Positions 1 through 12,798 of a stretch of DNA of 64,000 nucleotides are shown here, one piece after another. Origin of the DNA: Carcharhinus longimanus (lineage: Eukaryota); NCBI GenBank assembly GCA_030264375.1, contig JASCQW010000132.1:88253536-88317535 (forward strand). The letters are read 5' to 3'. The position numbers and the translations under genes are program-made. The notes beneath the pieces were generated by a model that saw only the letters and a list, made by a program, of their open reading frames with translations, was not told the DNA's origin and did not search any database. Position 1 is the first letter of the stretch. Every line of letters starts with the position of its first letter.

Positions 1-204
1 GCCAAGTTTCACTAATAGCTATAATGTTATAATTCCATGTGTCAATCCACGCCCTCAACTCGTCTGCCTTCCCCACAATATTCCTGGCATTGAAATAGAT
101 ACACCTCAGAAGATTATTACCATCATACATAACCCTTCTATTTGTGATTTTGCATGAAATATTAACATCATTTATTTTCACCCCTGTTCCACTATCTGCT
201 CTAG

Positions 205-510
205 CACTCTGGTTCCCATCCCCCTGCAAATTTAGTTTAAACCATCCCCAATAACACTAGCAAACCTCCCTGCAAGTATATTGGTTCCCTTGTAATTAAG
301 GTGTAACCCTTCTCTCTTGTACAGGTCCCACCTGCCCCAGAAGAAGTCCCAATGATCTAGTAATCTGAAATCCTGCTCCCTCCACCAGTTCCTTAGCCAC
401 GTGTTCATTCACCCGAGCATCCTACTCTTCCCTCACTGGCACGTGGCACAGGTAACAACCCTGAGATTACTACCCTCGAGGTCGTGCTTTTTAATTTCCT
501 ACCAAGCTCT
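205..510 (-). mobile_element. CR1 LINE fragment, ORF1 SGNH-esterase C-terminus
   Basis: Minus strand translates to WDLYKREGLHLNYKGTNILAGRFASVIGDGLN*, the D-G-L-H-L-N esterase motif at the end of CR1 ORF1. Confidence 0.85.
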
Positions 511-1713
511 CTAGTGCCTAGAGATATTGTGATTTCTGAATCAATTCCATTTTTACAATCAAATTCATCATTTTCTCTGCATACTCCTCTAGAATGCCAA
601 CATTCTAACTTACATTGCCATTTGTAAAAACTAATGCAAAATATTAGTGTAATATTTCCATGATACCCTCATCCTCCATAATAAACTTTCTCCCTCATTT
701 CTCACTGACCAAATTTTCCACTTAATTATTATTTTACTTTTTCGTCAACAGATTGTGATATTGTTCAAACATGTGGAGCTTTCCACCTAAAATTGTCAAG
801 AAGATTTTTGTGAATCTTCACAATCACTGAAAATGTTTTTCCTTTAAGCGTCTGTGAAATGCTCTAAGGGGAGATTGAGATAGTGTGAATGGGCAAGTGC
901 ACCATTTCCCCAGGGTTCTGCTGGCCTCCTGTCAAAGCTGCAGAAGGAGAAGTAAGAAGCGTGTGGACATTCAGTGTCATACTGTGCTACAGTAGAACAG
1001 ATATAATTTTTGAAATGTTCCCATCATTTCTCTCAAAGGCATTGCATTATAATGGGTTGCAGTTCAATGTATATCCCCCGATACCATTCCCTAACATATA
1101 TTCATGAGCATGGCAGATAAGGGCTGGATTTTTGAGAGTTGGGCCAACCATGGATATCTTTAAAAATGATTGGTGAGACCTGTATTTGGAAGTCTCATCC
1201 TATTTCCCATTTTTGATGGGAGTGGGGAGGAAATGGGCTGTGATTCACATTGGCAGGATACCAAAACTCAGCAAGTGCAAACAAACTCCATGTTTTGCCG
1301 TTCCAAAGGCTTGCAGTCTGGGAGTCACAACTTTATGAAGGAGGTGTAAATGCTTTTGAAAGGCAGGTAAGCTCTGTTTAAGTAAGCTCAGTTTAAGTGC
1401 CCCCAGCCCTTTAAAAATCCCTAGCCCTATAAAAGTTCCAAATCTACAGGGCTGATCTTACCAGAATGTGGCAATGTGTTAGTACTGGTGAGAAAAATGG
1501 GATGAATGATGCCAATGGCTCCGGCGTAATGTCTGACTGAATCTTGAGCCTCATTGACAAAAGTTTTTATGGCCACGAGAATCACACCGCACCTGCAGCG
1601 TCCTTTCTCTGATTCACTCACCATTTCTGAACGTAATCACAGCAATCACTGGGGAGCCACATATAAACAACTCTCTGGCACTTGTTCCACAGCGACTGTA
1701 AGGGATAGCTGCC

Positions 1714-3482
1714 ATGGAGACCGCACCACGATTCTCAGAGAGAGACATCACCAGGCTTCTCGATGGACTGGAGCAGAGGCCGGATGCACTCTACCCCACT
1801 CCAGGCAAAGACCTCCCACCAAAGTCATCACCCCAACTGGGATGTAGCGGCAGTCCTGGTGGGTGCAAGCTCACTGCAGGAGAGGACAGGGCAGTAATGC
1901 CGCAAGAAGATCAATGATCTTCTGCGCTCAGCCAGCGTAAGTGAGCCTCATGCAGTCTTTTCCTGGACCCCCTCACACATCCTTCCCACTTCCACCTTCA
2001 ACTCTCTCCTAGTCATTTTGATCTTTGCACCAGTAAGGAGGCCCTCCTCCTCACTCTCCTAGTTGCCATGTTTACCCCTACTCACTGCCATGCTCTTCAC
2101 ATTCCAACTCCCACTCAAGACCTATGCTTGTCACACCTCATCACCATCTTGTCAATGCTGCCACCTACACTCTCCCTTTCTTTATCATTGCAGGACGAAC
2201 CACAACAAGAGAAAGCAAGCAGCCAGAGTAATGCCAAAGCTCAGTACATTCACGCCATTTGAGGAGAGGGCCATTGAGCTGGCCAGGGAGGAGGAAGAAT
2301 GTGCCTGTGCTGATAATGAAGTGGAGGCAGCAGACAAACATGAGAATCTTCAAGACATGCTGTTATTCCTCAAGTCTCAAGTGGGTAATCAATGTGCCTC
2401 CCTTATTTCCTCTAATGCACCGTAAGCATTTCCCTTCTCTTGCACATAAAGCAACAAAGCAGACAGAAAGCAACTGAGCAGGCTGGATCATGTTCACACT
2501 CCCTGGATGCACAAGACTCAAGCAGCTCCGAGGGAGACTTCTCAGACCCCGCCATGGGATAGGCATCGCAGCTTTCACCCACATCTGGCAATAGCGCAGT
2601 TACTCAACCAGCAGTGGGATCACTAAATAGACAGGCTTCTGAGTCACTCATTGGTGAGCACCCCACAGCTGAAGAGCCGCAGCAGATGAAGGCAGGGATG
2701 TTCCAGGAACCTGCAGCCGGAGGGATGCTGGAGGCCAGGACTCTGCTGGACTCAGGCTCAATGATGTGCCGCCGGGCCCGGCGTCCCAGAACCGATGGAG
2801 TTGCAAAGGCAGGGTCACGAGTAACAGGAAGGGATGAGAGAATCCCTATTCAGAGAGCGAGGCTGATGGAGGAGCTCCATCGCCTTATGTCGGAGGAGAT
2901 GGTATTGTCACTGCAGCACACTGAGGCCAATATGTGAGGTTGACATCTGCAGTGGAGACCTTGGTGCAGGATATGCACCCCATGGCAAGGGGTGTCTGCA
3001 TCATAGCTCAGTGCACGAGCTCCATGTCTGAGGGTTTCAGCTGAACAGTACAGGGCCTTCAGCTGCATGGTGTGGGCAGTGGTGAGAATCCACAAGTGTC
3101 AGTGCCAGAGGATGGCTCGGCTTCTGGGCCTTACTCCAACTATTCTTCTATCTCATGGAAGACAATTGAGCCATCAGGTAACCAAAGGGATGAGGATTGT
3201 CTGGTGCATAATCCAGGGCCTTCCACCCAGAACATTCTGGGATCGTCCAGCTTATCTGAGCCCTTCTACCTGTGAATGACATGCCTCCAGTCCCACAGGC
3301 TGCACTGCAATACCTGCACTGCCTGAAAGCAGGTCAGGGCCCTCAAGATCCAGAGGGGACCATCACCAAGATAATCTCAGACAACAGGATGTGGAAGTCA
3401 GCAGGACATCTCGACCTCAGCTGTGGGTCTTGGGGAAGCATGTAGAAGTAGTGGGAGGGTGAGGAAAATCAAGTCGCGATAG
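1714..3482 (+). pseudogene. Harbinger Myb/SANT-like (MSANTD/trihelix-type) DNA-binding protein gene, spliced and frameshifted
   Basis: METAPRFSERDITRLLDGLEQRPDALYP...CRKKINDLLRSAS, then donor gtaagt at 1937; acceptor tttatcattgcag ending 2193; exon 2 HNKRK...TPFEERAIELA; AATAAA at 3540-3545. Confidence 0.8.
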
Positions 3483-3699
3483 GCACCTTGTGGCATGGGT
3501 GAAAGTAGTGAGAGGTAACCACTGTATATAGTTACTAATAATAAATCATTCGGTTCATTCACAGAACCTCTGCCCTGTCATTTCATGCTGCCAAGCTCTG
3601 TGGACCCACGCACAAATCAAGTGCTTCATTCCTGTGTGGTGTGAGAAAGGCTGTGCTATGTCTCTCCCCCACTGAGGACAGAGTAAAGAAGCCCCACTG

Positions 3700-4420
3700 C
3701 AGGAAACCCCCCAGTCCCCCCATTATATGGAGCCTTCACTGGTGTTTGTGGCCTCCATGCTGGTGTCATCAGTCACTTCCTAAAGGGCATCTCTTGTCCC
3801 TGAGGAGCCATCCTCCCAGTCACCACTCTCCCTCAAAGATAGCTGGCCCAAGATGTAACTGTCATGGGCGCTCCCCAGGAAATGGGCACATACATGCTTG
3901 AAGCATGTTGCGTAGACATAGACAAGTTGGACGTTGAGGGAGGGGAATCCCTTACGGTTCCTGAATAGCACCGCATGCCGCCATTGTGATTTAAGAGGCG
4001 CATGGGTACAGTCTATCAGACCTTGCATCTGGGGCATCCCTGCTAAGATGACCATGGTCCTGGCCTCATGGCTCACATAGTTTCGTTCAAAGTTGATAAG
4101 CATTTCAGCCCTAGCAAAAAGGCATCAGTCACCTCCCTGTGAGTGGCAGACTGGCAGATGCCTCAGATTTCCCCTGTGCTGCCTGGAATGAACTGCTAGC
4201 ATAAAAGTTCAAAGTGGGTAATAACTCTAAGGGCTACAGGCATTGGGAATCCTGCAGTTCCATGGGGTGCCATCTCATGCAGCATGTGGCAGAGGTGGTC
4301 CACTGTCCCTTGGGACGGATGCAGTATTCTCCGACACTGCAGCTTAGATAACCGAAGGTAGGAACATTGAGACGCTGGAAGACTCTTGGCCACACGGTCT
4401 CTGCCATTATTCCTCTGTGT
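3700..4420 (-). pseudogene. HARBI1-family DDE transposase, disrupted
   Basis: SYLRLSKLQCRRIL...TVDHLCHML...PMPVALRV; AGMPQMQGLIDCTH; FRNRKGFPSLNVQLV; FLGSAHDSYIL; GWLLRDKRCPL; LMTPAWRPQT..YN; several frameshifts and stops. Confidence 0.92.
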
Positions 4421-5654
4421 GTAGTCCTGTTCGCCGGCCTCGGAGCAAGGGACAACCCAATATAAAGTGAAGATGAGGTCTCTGACTGGCTCACACACAC
4501 CAGCCCCCCTCCTCCACAAACTATGCCTCTCTCCCCCCTCCGACAGCAACAGTGACCCTCACCCCAAACTGCAGTTCTGTGCATCCCCAGCATTCTCCCT
4601 GGTGTCCCCTGAGCGTTGGGCTGCATGAGAAGTAATGGCCACCTGAGCGCTCACCTCCAATAACCCCCTTGGAGGTGATGGTGCTAGGTTCATGTTTATG
4701 TAAAGCTCTTGTAAATGGTGTTGATGTGATGTCACACCGGCACCAGCTGAATATTTGGCATAGCCTCAATATCTGATCAGCGCTCGCTGATGACATGCTA
4801 ATTTATTCAAATTAGGTTTGTGCCCTCCCCAACATGCTCCACATCACTCCACCGGCAAGGTCAGCTCAAAATCGGAAAACCTGATCTCACCGGTGAGAAT
4901 CACACTTTTCTGAATTCTCAGCAATTTGAACCAGTTCCAGTGGATGGCGGAAGTGGGCTCAAGGTTCTGCCCACTTATCTCAACCAGAGATTAGATTTAC
5001 ATTTCGATAGACAATTTATCCCCCTCGGTACCAAGTATGTATAAGTGAGAGCACTCTTGAATTGTTAAAAATTGAGTCTTTTTCAATCTTCACATGACTT
5101 CTGAGGTCTGCCCATTTTTGGATTCTGGGTGAGTGGTTATGCAAGTGACATAAGGGCTATGAAGGAGCATAGAGGTGCATGAGTGCCCAGGTGGTGACAT
5201 TGGAGTATGGCTGACCATGGAGATAGCATGACAGATATGAGGTGGCATAAGGCTTTATGTAACAGGTAGGTGGCATTGAGAGGTATTGGGAGCATGGGGA
5301 TGGGGGAGATGGGGTAATGGGTGAGGGCTTGAGGGCCAAACAGCCTTTTATAAACTGGGCTGATGTTTCACAGAACCAAAGTGGCCTCGAACCAGCTTAC
5401 CTTGCCAGTCACCTTCCTCTGGCAGATCAAACCCAAACAAGTCCTGCCCCCCAGAGCAAGAATTATGCAGTCATTTGCATGGAGATGGAACTAACAAGTC
5501 AGAAGATTTCCCTATTAAAGCTTTCCATCTCCATGCAGAAAGGCCAGCCATAAATGTAGGCAAGCAGTCTACATGGGTATATGAAACCCTGCTAAAAAGG
5601 CCCCATTCTCAACTAACGTGAATCTGCCTACTCTTCTTTGCATAGAGTGATGGA

Positions 5655-5833
5655 ATCTTTTAGTATCCAGTGAGATGACAAAACAAAACCTCAGTTTAAC
5701 ATCTCATCTACTCCCTCATTACCACACTAAAGTATTTGCCTAGATAATGTGCTCAAGTAGCTGCAATGTGGCTTGAACCCACAATCTTCTGACTCAGAGG
5801 TGAGAATGCTATCAGTGAGTCAAGGCTGACACC
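5655..5833 (-). mobile_element. Deu-domain tRNA-SINE (SacSINE1/AmnSINE-like), 5' part
   Basis: cttgaacccacaatcttctgactcagaggtgagaatgcta is the reverse complement of a tRNA-like head; matches the copies at 39400 and 61680. Confidence 0.65.
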
Positions 5834-6437
5834 TTTACAACTGAAAGATTCAGCATTCTGAAATCTCCAGTTTAATTATTCTGAATAGAGTTAGATGAAC
5901 ACTAACAACTGGTTGTTGTTGTTCAGCCCTCACAATGACAACTGGATTCCGGTGCCCCCGAACCTCTGCTTTTCCAGTCTCCGAGCTTTCTGTTTATATT
6001 TATGCAGATTGCCACCACATTCAGTAGGCCCATTGCAGGCTGCTGGAGCTCTGCCACATGGCAGAGTAGCAAGACATAGGTGTGAGCTTGTGATCTTCAG
6101 CTTAGGCTTGGCACTATCTCATAAGGCGGCAGTGAAAAATAGTCATCTTGACTGCTGTAAGCCAGCCCCTCGCAGCTAGTGTGTGGACCCTTTTGCACTG
6201 GTGTCAGTGGTTCACCAGTTCCTGAAGCAGGAGTCTCACACCATAAACTATGTGAGAGGTGATCTTCAGGATTCAGTGGTGTACATGACCCACTGAAACA
6301 GGTGGGGCTTGAGTATCCATCTTCCAAATTTACTTCAAAATCATGTTGTTAGTCTCGCAGTGAGTTGGAACAGTCACATGTGGTTGGAAACAATGAACTA
6401 CTGCACTTATGCAAAATATTCATCTCATCTTTAATTA

Positions 6438-6760
6438 ATCATAGAATCTCTACAGTGCAGAAGGAGGCCATTCAGTCTATCGAGTCTGCACCAACCACAA
6501 TCCCACCCAGGCCCTATTCCCATAACCTCATGCATTTATCCTAGCTAATTCCCCTGACACTAAGGGGCAATTTAACATGGCCAATCCATCTAACGTGCAC
6601 ATCTTTGGCCTGTGGAAGAAAACCGGAGCACTTGGAGTAAACCCATGCAGACATGGGGAGAATGTGCAAACTCCACACAGACAGTGACCCAAACCAGGAA
6701 TCAAATCTGGGTCCCTGGGGCTGTGAGGCAGCTGTGCTAACCACTGTGCACCATGCCTCC
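6438..6760 (-). mobile_element. HE1 (V-SINE) with CR1/HER1-type tail
   Basis: tRNA-derived head (gtggttagcacagctgcctcacag on -), V-domain core gtggagtttgcacattctcccc, tail atcatagaatc. Confidence 0.9.
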
Positions 6761-7124
6761 ATAATAACAGAGCAACACATTGAATATCTACAACTTCAGG
6801 AACATATACACAATTATGTCAAAGCATAGCCAGATGATATAATCAGGGGACATAGCTAAATGTCGTAGGGTACATTTGGAATTTAGCTTCAGGGAAATTG
6901 GTTCTTCCTATCCACTGTTTAAACAAGTTCTTTCAGTTCTAGCTTCAACTGACTGCCCGTTGCAGATGAGCAAGACTGCAAAGAACAATCTAAATGTGGC
7001 TTCAGGGTCTGCAGGGTAGTATGGGCTGAAGCTGGTCCCCCCTGTTCTCTCAATCAAGGGTGACACTGTGCGGTCAAAGCAAAATATCTTGAAAATAGGG
7101 ATTCTCACCATCTATCAGAGATAT

Positions 7125-7292
7125 AGACCATAGAATCATAGAACCCTACAGAGCAGAAAGAGGCCCTTCGAGTCTGCACCAACCACAATCCCACCCAGGC
7201 CCTACCCCCATAATCCCTATATATTTTACACACTAACCCCTCTAACCTAAGCATCCTAGTACACTAAGGGACAATTTTAGCATGGCCAATCA
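7125..7292 (-). mobile_element. HE1 SINE 3' part running into an N gap
   Basis: catagaatcatagaaccctaca...ttttagcatggccaatca, near-identical to 8305-8480. Confidence 0.85.
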
Positions 7293-7419
7293 NNNNNNNN
7301 NNNNNNNNNNNNNNNNNNNNNNNNNNNNNNNNNNNNNNNNNNNNNNNNNNNNNNNNNNNNNNNNNNNNNNNNNNNNNNNNNNNNNNNNNNNNTTTTTAAA
7401 GGCCAATTATTTCAGCCCT

Positions 7420-8020
7420 AGTACATTGTTGCAGGAGTTCAAGGTAATGTCCTAGGTCCAACCATCTTCAGCTTCATCAATGACATCCCTTCATTATAAG
7501 ATCAGAAGTGGAGATGTTCACAGTGTTCATTACCATTTGTGACTCCTCAAATACTGAAGCAGTGTGTGTCTGCATGCAGCAAAATAAATGCAGCAACATT
7601 CAAACTTGAGCTAAGTGTCAATAACATTTATACCACAAAAGTGACAGGCAATGCCCATCTCCAATAAAATATAACCTAACCATCTCCCCTTCACATATGA
7701 ATGCAATGCATTCACTCTATCCTCCACCGTCATCATCCTAAGAGTTACTTTCGGCCAAAAATTTAACTGGGTGATTCTGGCTACCAGAACAGGTCAGAGA
7801 CTTGGAATTCAGCATTGAGTAACTCGCCTCCTTAAAGGCCAAAGCCTGTCCTCTACTTACAAGATGCAAGTTAGGAGAGTAACTGAATATTCTCACTTGC
7901 CTGGCTGAGTGAACTTCAATAAAACTCAATAAGCTCTATACAATCTCTGAAAAAACAGCCTGTTCGGGTGGCACCCTATCCACCAATTCAAATACTCACT
8001 TTCTTTACCCCTTGATGCAC
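7420..8020 (+). mobile_element. CR1/L2-group LINE reverse-transcriptase fragment, decayed
   Basis: ggagttcaaggtaatgtcctaggtccaaccatcttcagcttcatcaatgac resembles GV(P)QGSVLGPTIFS.FIND. Confidence 0.75.
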
Positions 8021-8304
8021 AAAATCCACAAAATGTTCCATTTGGTCAGCATCTCAAATAGTCTCTCCTAATCAAATTTATGGGTTCACATGTCAGTCCT
8101 TGTTTAGAACTAGATGTGTGAAGGTGGATGTGATGCCTTTAAATCATGTAACTCTGGGTTGGTAGGGCTCATTAGCCTTGATTAGCAGAGTCACGAGTCA
8201 CTAATTTCAATGCACCAAGCTACAAATCATGTGCAATTACATAAACTGAACATGCAGGCTGTTCACCAAGTCCTTGACCAAAAATCAGTGATGTCAAAGG
8301 GAGA

Positions 8305-8648
8305 TCACAGAATCATAGAACCCTACAGTGCTGAAAGAGGCCTTTCGGCCCATTGAGTCTGCACCGACCACAATCCCACCCAGGCTCTACCCCCATATTC
8401 CTTTACATTTTACCTGCTAATCCCTCTAACCTAAGCATCCTAGTACACTAAGGGACAATTTTAGCATGGCCAATCAACCTAACCCACACATCTTTGGACT
8501 GTGGGATGAAACCGGAGCACTCAGAGGAACCCCATGCAGACACGAGGAGAATGTGCAAACTCCACACAGACAGTGACCCAACCCAGGAATCAAACCCAGG
8601 TCCTTGGAGCTGTGAAGCAGCAGTGCTAACCACTGTGCTACCATGCCG
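8305..8648 (-). mobile_element. HE1 SINE, full length
   Basis: Head, V-domain and tail all present. Confidence 0.9.
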
Positions 8649-8683
8649 AGATGAGTGACAAGTCGGTTTAATATTGGAATAGA

Positions 8684-8835
8684 AAGATGTGTGGGTTAGG
8701 TGGATTGCCATTCTAAATTGCCCCTTAGTGTCAGGGGGACTGTCTAGGGTAAATGCATAGGGTTATGGGGATAGAGTTATGGTCGGCTTGTGGTTGATGC
8801 AGATTCAATGGGCCGAATGGCTTCTTTGTGCACTG
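8684..8835 (+). mobile_element. HE1 SINE 3' half
   Basis: aagatgtgtgggttaggtggattg...ctgtagaattctatgattctatg. Confidence 0.85.
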
Positions 8836-9769
8836 TAGAATTCTATGATTCTATGAAATTAGACTTTGGCATTCGTCCAGCAAATCTGATATAAGTCAGA
8901 GCAATCCCACTAACATATAAAATAACAATACGGCAAGCATATGAAGAAAGAGATATTCCCCCATGTCTTGAACCCAATATCTTGTTTTTCTTTATTTGTC
9001 TCTTCCCTATCCCTTTCTTCTTGTGAGTAGTTTGAGTTCAGTCAGTGACGTGACTGTAAGCATCAGTCAGCTTTGAGAGCTCAGGCCATTAATCTACATT
9101 TCTATGAGGTGAAGAAATGGAATTTCAGAGACCAGCCCCAATTCCTTCCCCTATGAAATAGCAAATATAGTACTGTAGACAGTTCTTGATGCTGGACATA
9201 GAGAGGCTATAAATACTGGGACTGCAGCAGTGGATTTGGATCAAAGTGATCTTAATCCACTCTCGACTTCCCTCAGACAACAGACTGCAGTTTGTGAGTC
9301 TCCTCCGAAGCAGATGTTCAGTACCAGCTGCCTGTGTTATTTCCCCTCCATCAGAGGTGAGAAGACTTTGCAGGCTGCTGCTCCTAATGTGTTGTGTATT
9401 GAAATTGGCCCCTCATTATTACTGAATATACTAATAGGCCTCAGGCAGTAGATGTGATAATTACAACACAAGTACCTTAACTCAGTGATTCTTTGTGGGG
9501 GTCTGCGCACAGTGATTGAATGAGCAGTGTGCTTTTCTTCTCCTTTGATCCTGTTATGTTTTGGGGAGAATGCAAAATGTGAAGAATCCTAATTTGACAG
9601 AAATGCACGTTACAGAGCTGGCTAGATTCATGTAATGCTTCAGTTATTTGAGCAATATTATCAATATTTTTCAATATAAACAATATTTTCTGCTTGCATT
9701 GTTACGTCAAATAAAATTGCCAAATGGGCATGCAATTTAAAACTGTTTGGAGCATATTTACACAACAAT

Positions 9770-10640
9770 GGCCGCGATTCTCCCATCCCGCTGCGCTAAT
9801 TTTTTAGCGCAGTGGGCCAAGAGAATCCCACGTTTGCTGATTCGTGGAGTTTGCGCATGCGTTTGCACCCCACTAGCGTCTTCCATCACCGGATTTCCAG
9901 CTGCATCTGCTCCGTGCTGGAAATCAGTGGGGAGATGCAGAAATGATTTAAATATCATTTCCATGTAACTGAAACGAGATTAGCGGGCTCAGGACTGAAA
10001 TCTCCAGGACTGAAATCTCCAGCCCACTAGCCTCTCCCACCCCACTAGAGTGTTTCACTCCAGTGGGGATTACATTAGCTCCCCACTTTCAGGGAACTAG
10101 TAGCCTGACCCTGCTGGGGTGAAGGGGAGGCAATCGGTGCCCTCCGAGAGGGTCAGGGATGTGTCCTGTGTTAGGACATCCTGGCAGTGTCAGCCTGTGC
10201 CCTTGGCACTGCCCAAGGGGATATGTACTAATGTCCAGGGGGCACCTTTGCACTGCCCATCAGTCATGGGTCATGGGACAGTGCCAAGGGCTGGAGCCTG
10301 TGGGGGCAAGGCCATGGCTGTGATCAGTGGGGGTCCCGCTGCCACTCTGCCTAGGGATAGGGATGGGTGGGAAATGTGGGAGGTCAGTGATTGGGGTAGA
10401 CAGGGGGGTAGAGTAAGCTATGGGGAGGGAGCAGCTTGCTGGGGGAGTTCGGTCCTGCGGTGGGGGCTAGAGATTGTGGCGGGCCGGGGACAGGCGGGTC
10501 GGGACTGGGCCTGGGAATGTTTGGGGGGCATCACCCAGCACATGCACAGTGTCCCCGCTCAGTCCATGCGCAGTGTCCCCGCTCAGCCCATGCGCAGTGT
10601 CCCCGCTCAGCCCATGCGCAGTGTCCCCGCTCAGCCCATG
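9770..10640. mobile_element. Non-autonomous Harbinger-type element (left part; right end lost in gap)
   Basis: Begins ggccgcgattctccc, the TIR type seen at 51445/52575; GC-rich ggcactgcc-type internal motifs shared with 51445-52575. Confidence 0.7.
10541..10640 (+). repeat. 24-bp minisatellite (catgcgcagtgtccccgctcagcc), at least 4 copies, running into an N gap
   Basis: Units read directly from the sequence. Confidence 0.95.
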
Positions 10641-11439
10641 NNNNNNNNNNNNNNNNNNNNNNNNNNNNNNNNNNNNNNNNNNNNNNNNNNNNNNNNNNNN
10701 NNNNNNNNNNNNNNNNNNNNNNNNNNNNNNNNNNNNNNNNNNNNNNNNNNNNNNNNNNNNNNNNNNNNNNNNNNNNNNNNNCCCACACCCCAAAGATGTG
10801 CTATTAGGCTGATTGGCAGTAATAAATTATCCCTAAATTAGTTTCCCTCAATGTGGATTGCCATAGTCATAGATAAGGGTCATGGGTGGAGGGGGGCTGG
10901 TGGTGTTAAAATGGCGGCGCGGGCTCTTTGGGTTGAAGGGCCTGTTTCCTGGGCTGTTTTTGTTCTTTGTTCTTTGAGCTGGTTTCCTGGAAATTCATTT
11001 TCAGTGTTCCAATTCCAAATAGATGAAAATTATTTGGAGTCATTGGTCCACCAAGTTAAATGTTTTATACATCCTGCAATCCTCTGATCCACCTTACCCC
11101 ACCAATGTCCTACTGCCCCACCTGATCTCTGACCTCCCTCTCCTTCACCCTCTGCCTGCACCACCCATTGCCCCACTCCCCTACTCATCACAACCCCCTG
11201 CTATATGGCACTTGCTCCCTGGCCTGTGGCTGTTTACAGACCTTCAATCATGCTGGCTGCCAGCCAAGAAACTTGCGGAAGAAGTTGAAAGGATATCCTC
11301 AGGTTAATATACACAGAGATCCAGGCTACTTCTAGGTTTCCTGTCAGGAAATCCTCCCTCCCCTCCACCACTCTCTACAAGCCCTGCCTAAATATCAGCT
11401 TTAAAATGTGGAGTTAGACTATGAAAGCTTTGACTAAAA

Positions 11440-11725
11440 CCATGGAATATAATCCCTACAGTGTAGAAAGAAGCCGTTTAACACACTGAGCCTGCACCAA
11501 CAACAATCCCACCCAGGCTCTATCCCCGTACTCCATGCTCGTCCCTCTGACATTAAGGGGCAATTTATCATGGGCAACCAACCTACACATCCTTGGACTG
11601 TGGGAGGAAACTCACACAGCGCAGGGAGAATGTACAAACTCCACACAGATAGTGACCCAAGGCTGGAATTGAACCAGGATCACAGGAGTTGTGAGGCAGC
11701 AGTGCTGACCACTGTGCCACTGTGC
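11440..11725 (-). mobile_element. HE1 SINE
   Basis: aaactccacacagatagtgacccaagg...tgtgaggcagcagtgctgaccactgtgccac. Confidence 0.85.
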
Positions 11726-12679
11726 CTTTTTAATCAAATTTAGGAAATTTGGATCCTAAATCCCGCTGGATGAAGCCTGTAAGCTCACACAGACACTAAG
11801 GGACCTAAAAAGAAGGCCCTGATCAGTTCGAATGTGCTTATTGGATGCTGGCTTTTCCCATGCTACCTGATTATGATGCTGCTTTATGTGCGGAAAATGG
11901 AGGCAGCAATATCTCCACAAAAACTCAGCAGATCTGGTAGCATCTGTAGAGAAAGATCAGATCGCCCTGCTTCTTTTCACTCAAACCGGAATGCAGCTTC
12001 AGGTCTAACCGTCTAACTCGGCCAAGTGAAGACTGCAGTGCAGCGGCTTCCTGAGGCCTACAGCTGAGTGCAGCAGAGTTGGGGGAAAGAGCATCAAGCC
12101 CTCTTTTTAAGACACTGGGTCCCGTAATGGAAGTAAGTTCAAGAGTCCCAGCCACTTTCAGAAGCCAGGGAGAAGGTAAGTGTGGAAGGGAAGTGGGTGA
12201 GATGGAGGTAAGGGTAGGGTGGATAGGGTGGGAGGATCAGATTGTCGATGGTGGAGGTGTTGTTAGGGCAGTCAGTTGTGAGACTAAGGTGGTCAACAGG
12301 GAGAGTCAGGTTATCAGTGGAGTGGGAGTTGGAAGGTTGATCGGGTGGTTGGAGAGGTAGTCAGGGGAGTTGGGCAGCTGGAGGGGTGGAGGGATAGTCA
12401 GAGGGTTGGGGGTAGTTAGGAGTATGGGGAGGGTTTGGGAGGGTCAGCTGAGGGTCCTTTAGTGCTTGTGGGGGTGGGGTTGGGGGCGGTGGCATTATCT
12501 GTTTTGTAGTTATCAAAAGATTGGTTTTCATTCTTTTAACATTTCTCAAATATCTAACAGTCCTGGAGTGGGGACATTCTGGGTGTGGGGGGAGCTCCCC
12601 AGTGTATCTCCTGGGTCACTCCCAGGTATAACCCTCTGAAGATCAGAGCTTATGGGCCCAATTTTTTTATCTTCACAAC

Positions 12680-12798
12680 AATGGTGGCAGAGTGGTTAGC
12701 ACTGCTGCCTCACAGCGCCAGGCACTGGGGTTTGATTCCCAGCTTGGGTCACTGTTTATGTAGAGTCTACAGATCCTCCCTGTGTCTGCTTCGGTTTC
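12680..12798 (+). mobile_element. HE1 SINE head, rest in gap
   Basis: gtggttagcactgctgcctcacagcgccagg...ttgattcccagcttgggtcactgt. Confidence 0.85.

Larger units (their letters stand above)
1449..4972. mobile_element. PIF/Harbinger DNA transposon, decayed autonomous-type copy with two convergent genes
   Basis: Imperfect terminal inverted repeats gggctgatctt (1449) and aaggttctgccc (4961-4972); flanks aca/act resemble a 3-bp TSD; contains Myb/SANT and DDE transposase relics. Confidence 0.85.
1121..5592. mobile_element. Old non-autonomous Harbinger-like element, interrupted by the element at 1449-4972
   Basis: Starts gggctggatttt like other MITE ends in the window; similar decayed sequence resumes after 4972; right end only weakly defined. 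Confidence 0.4.

Noticed and set aside
9991-10021. 15-bp tandem duplications (also near 1367-1396)
   Set aside because: Ordinary slippage or repair duplications inside repeats
10541-10640. CRISPR-like array
   Set aside because: Head-to-tail tandem units without spacers in eukaryotic DNA
10119-10841. GC-rich ORFs with repeats such as MRSVPAQP (also 40415-41089 and 51573-52073)
   Set aside because: Chance frames in GC-rich MITE bodies and a minisatellite
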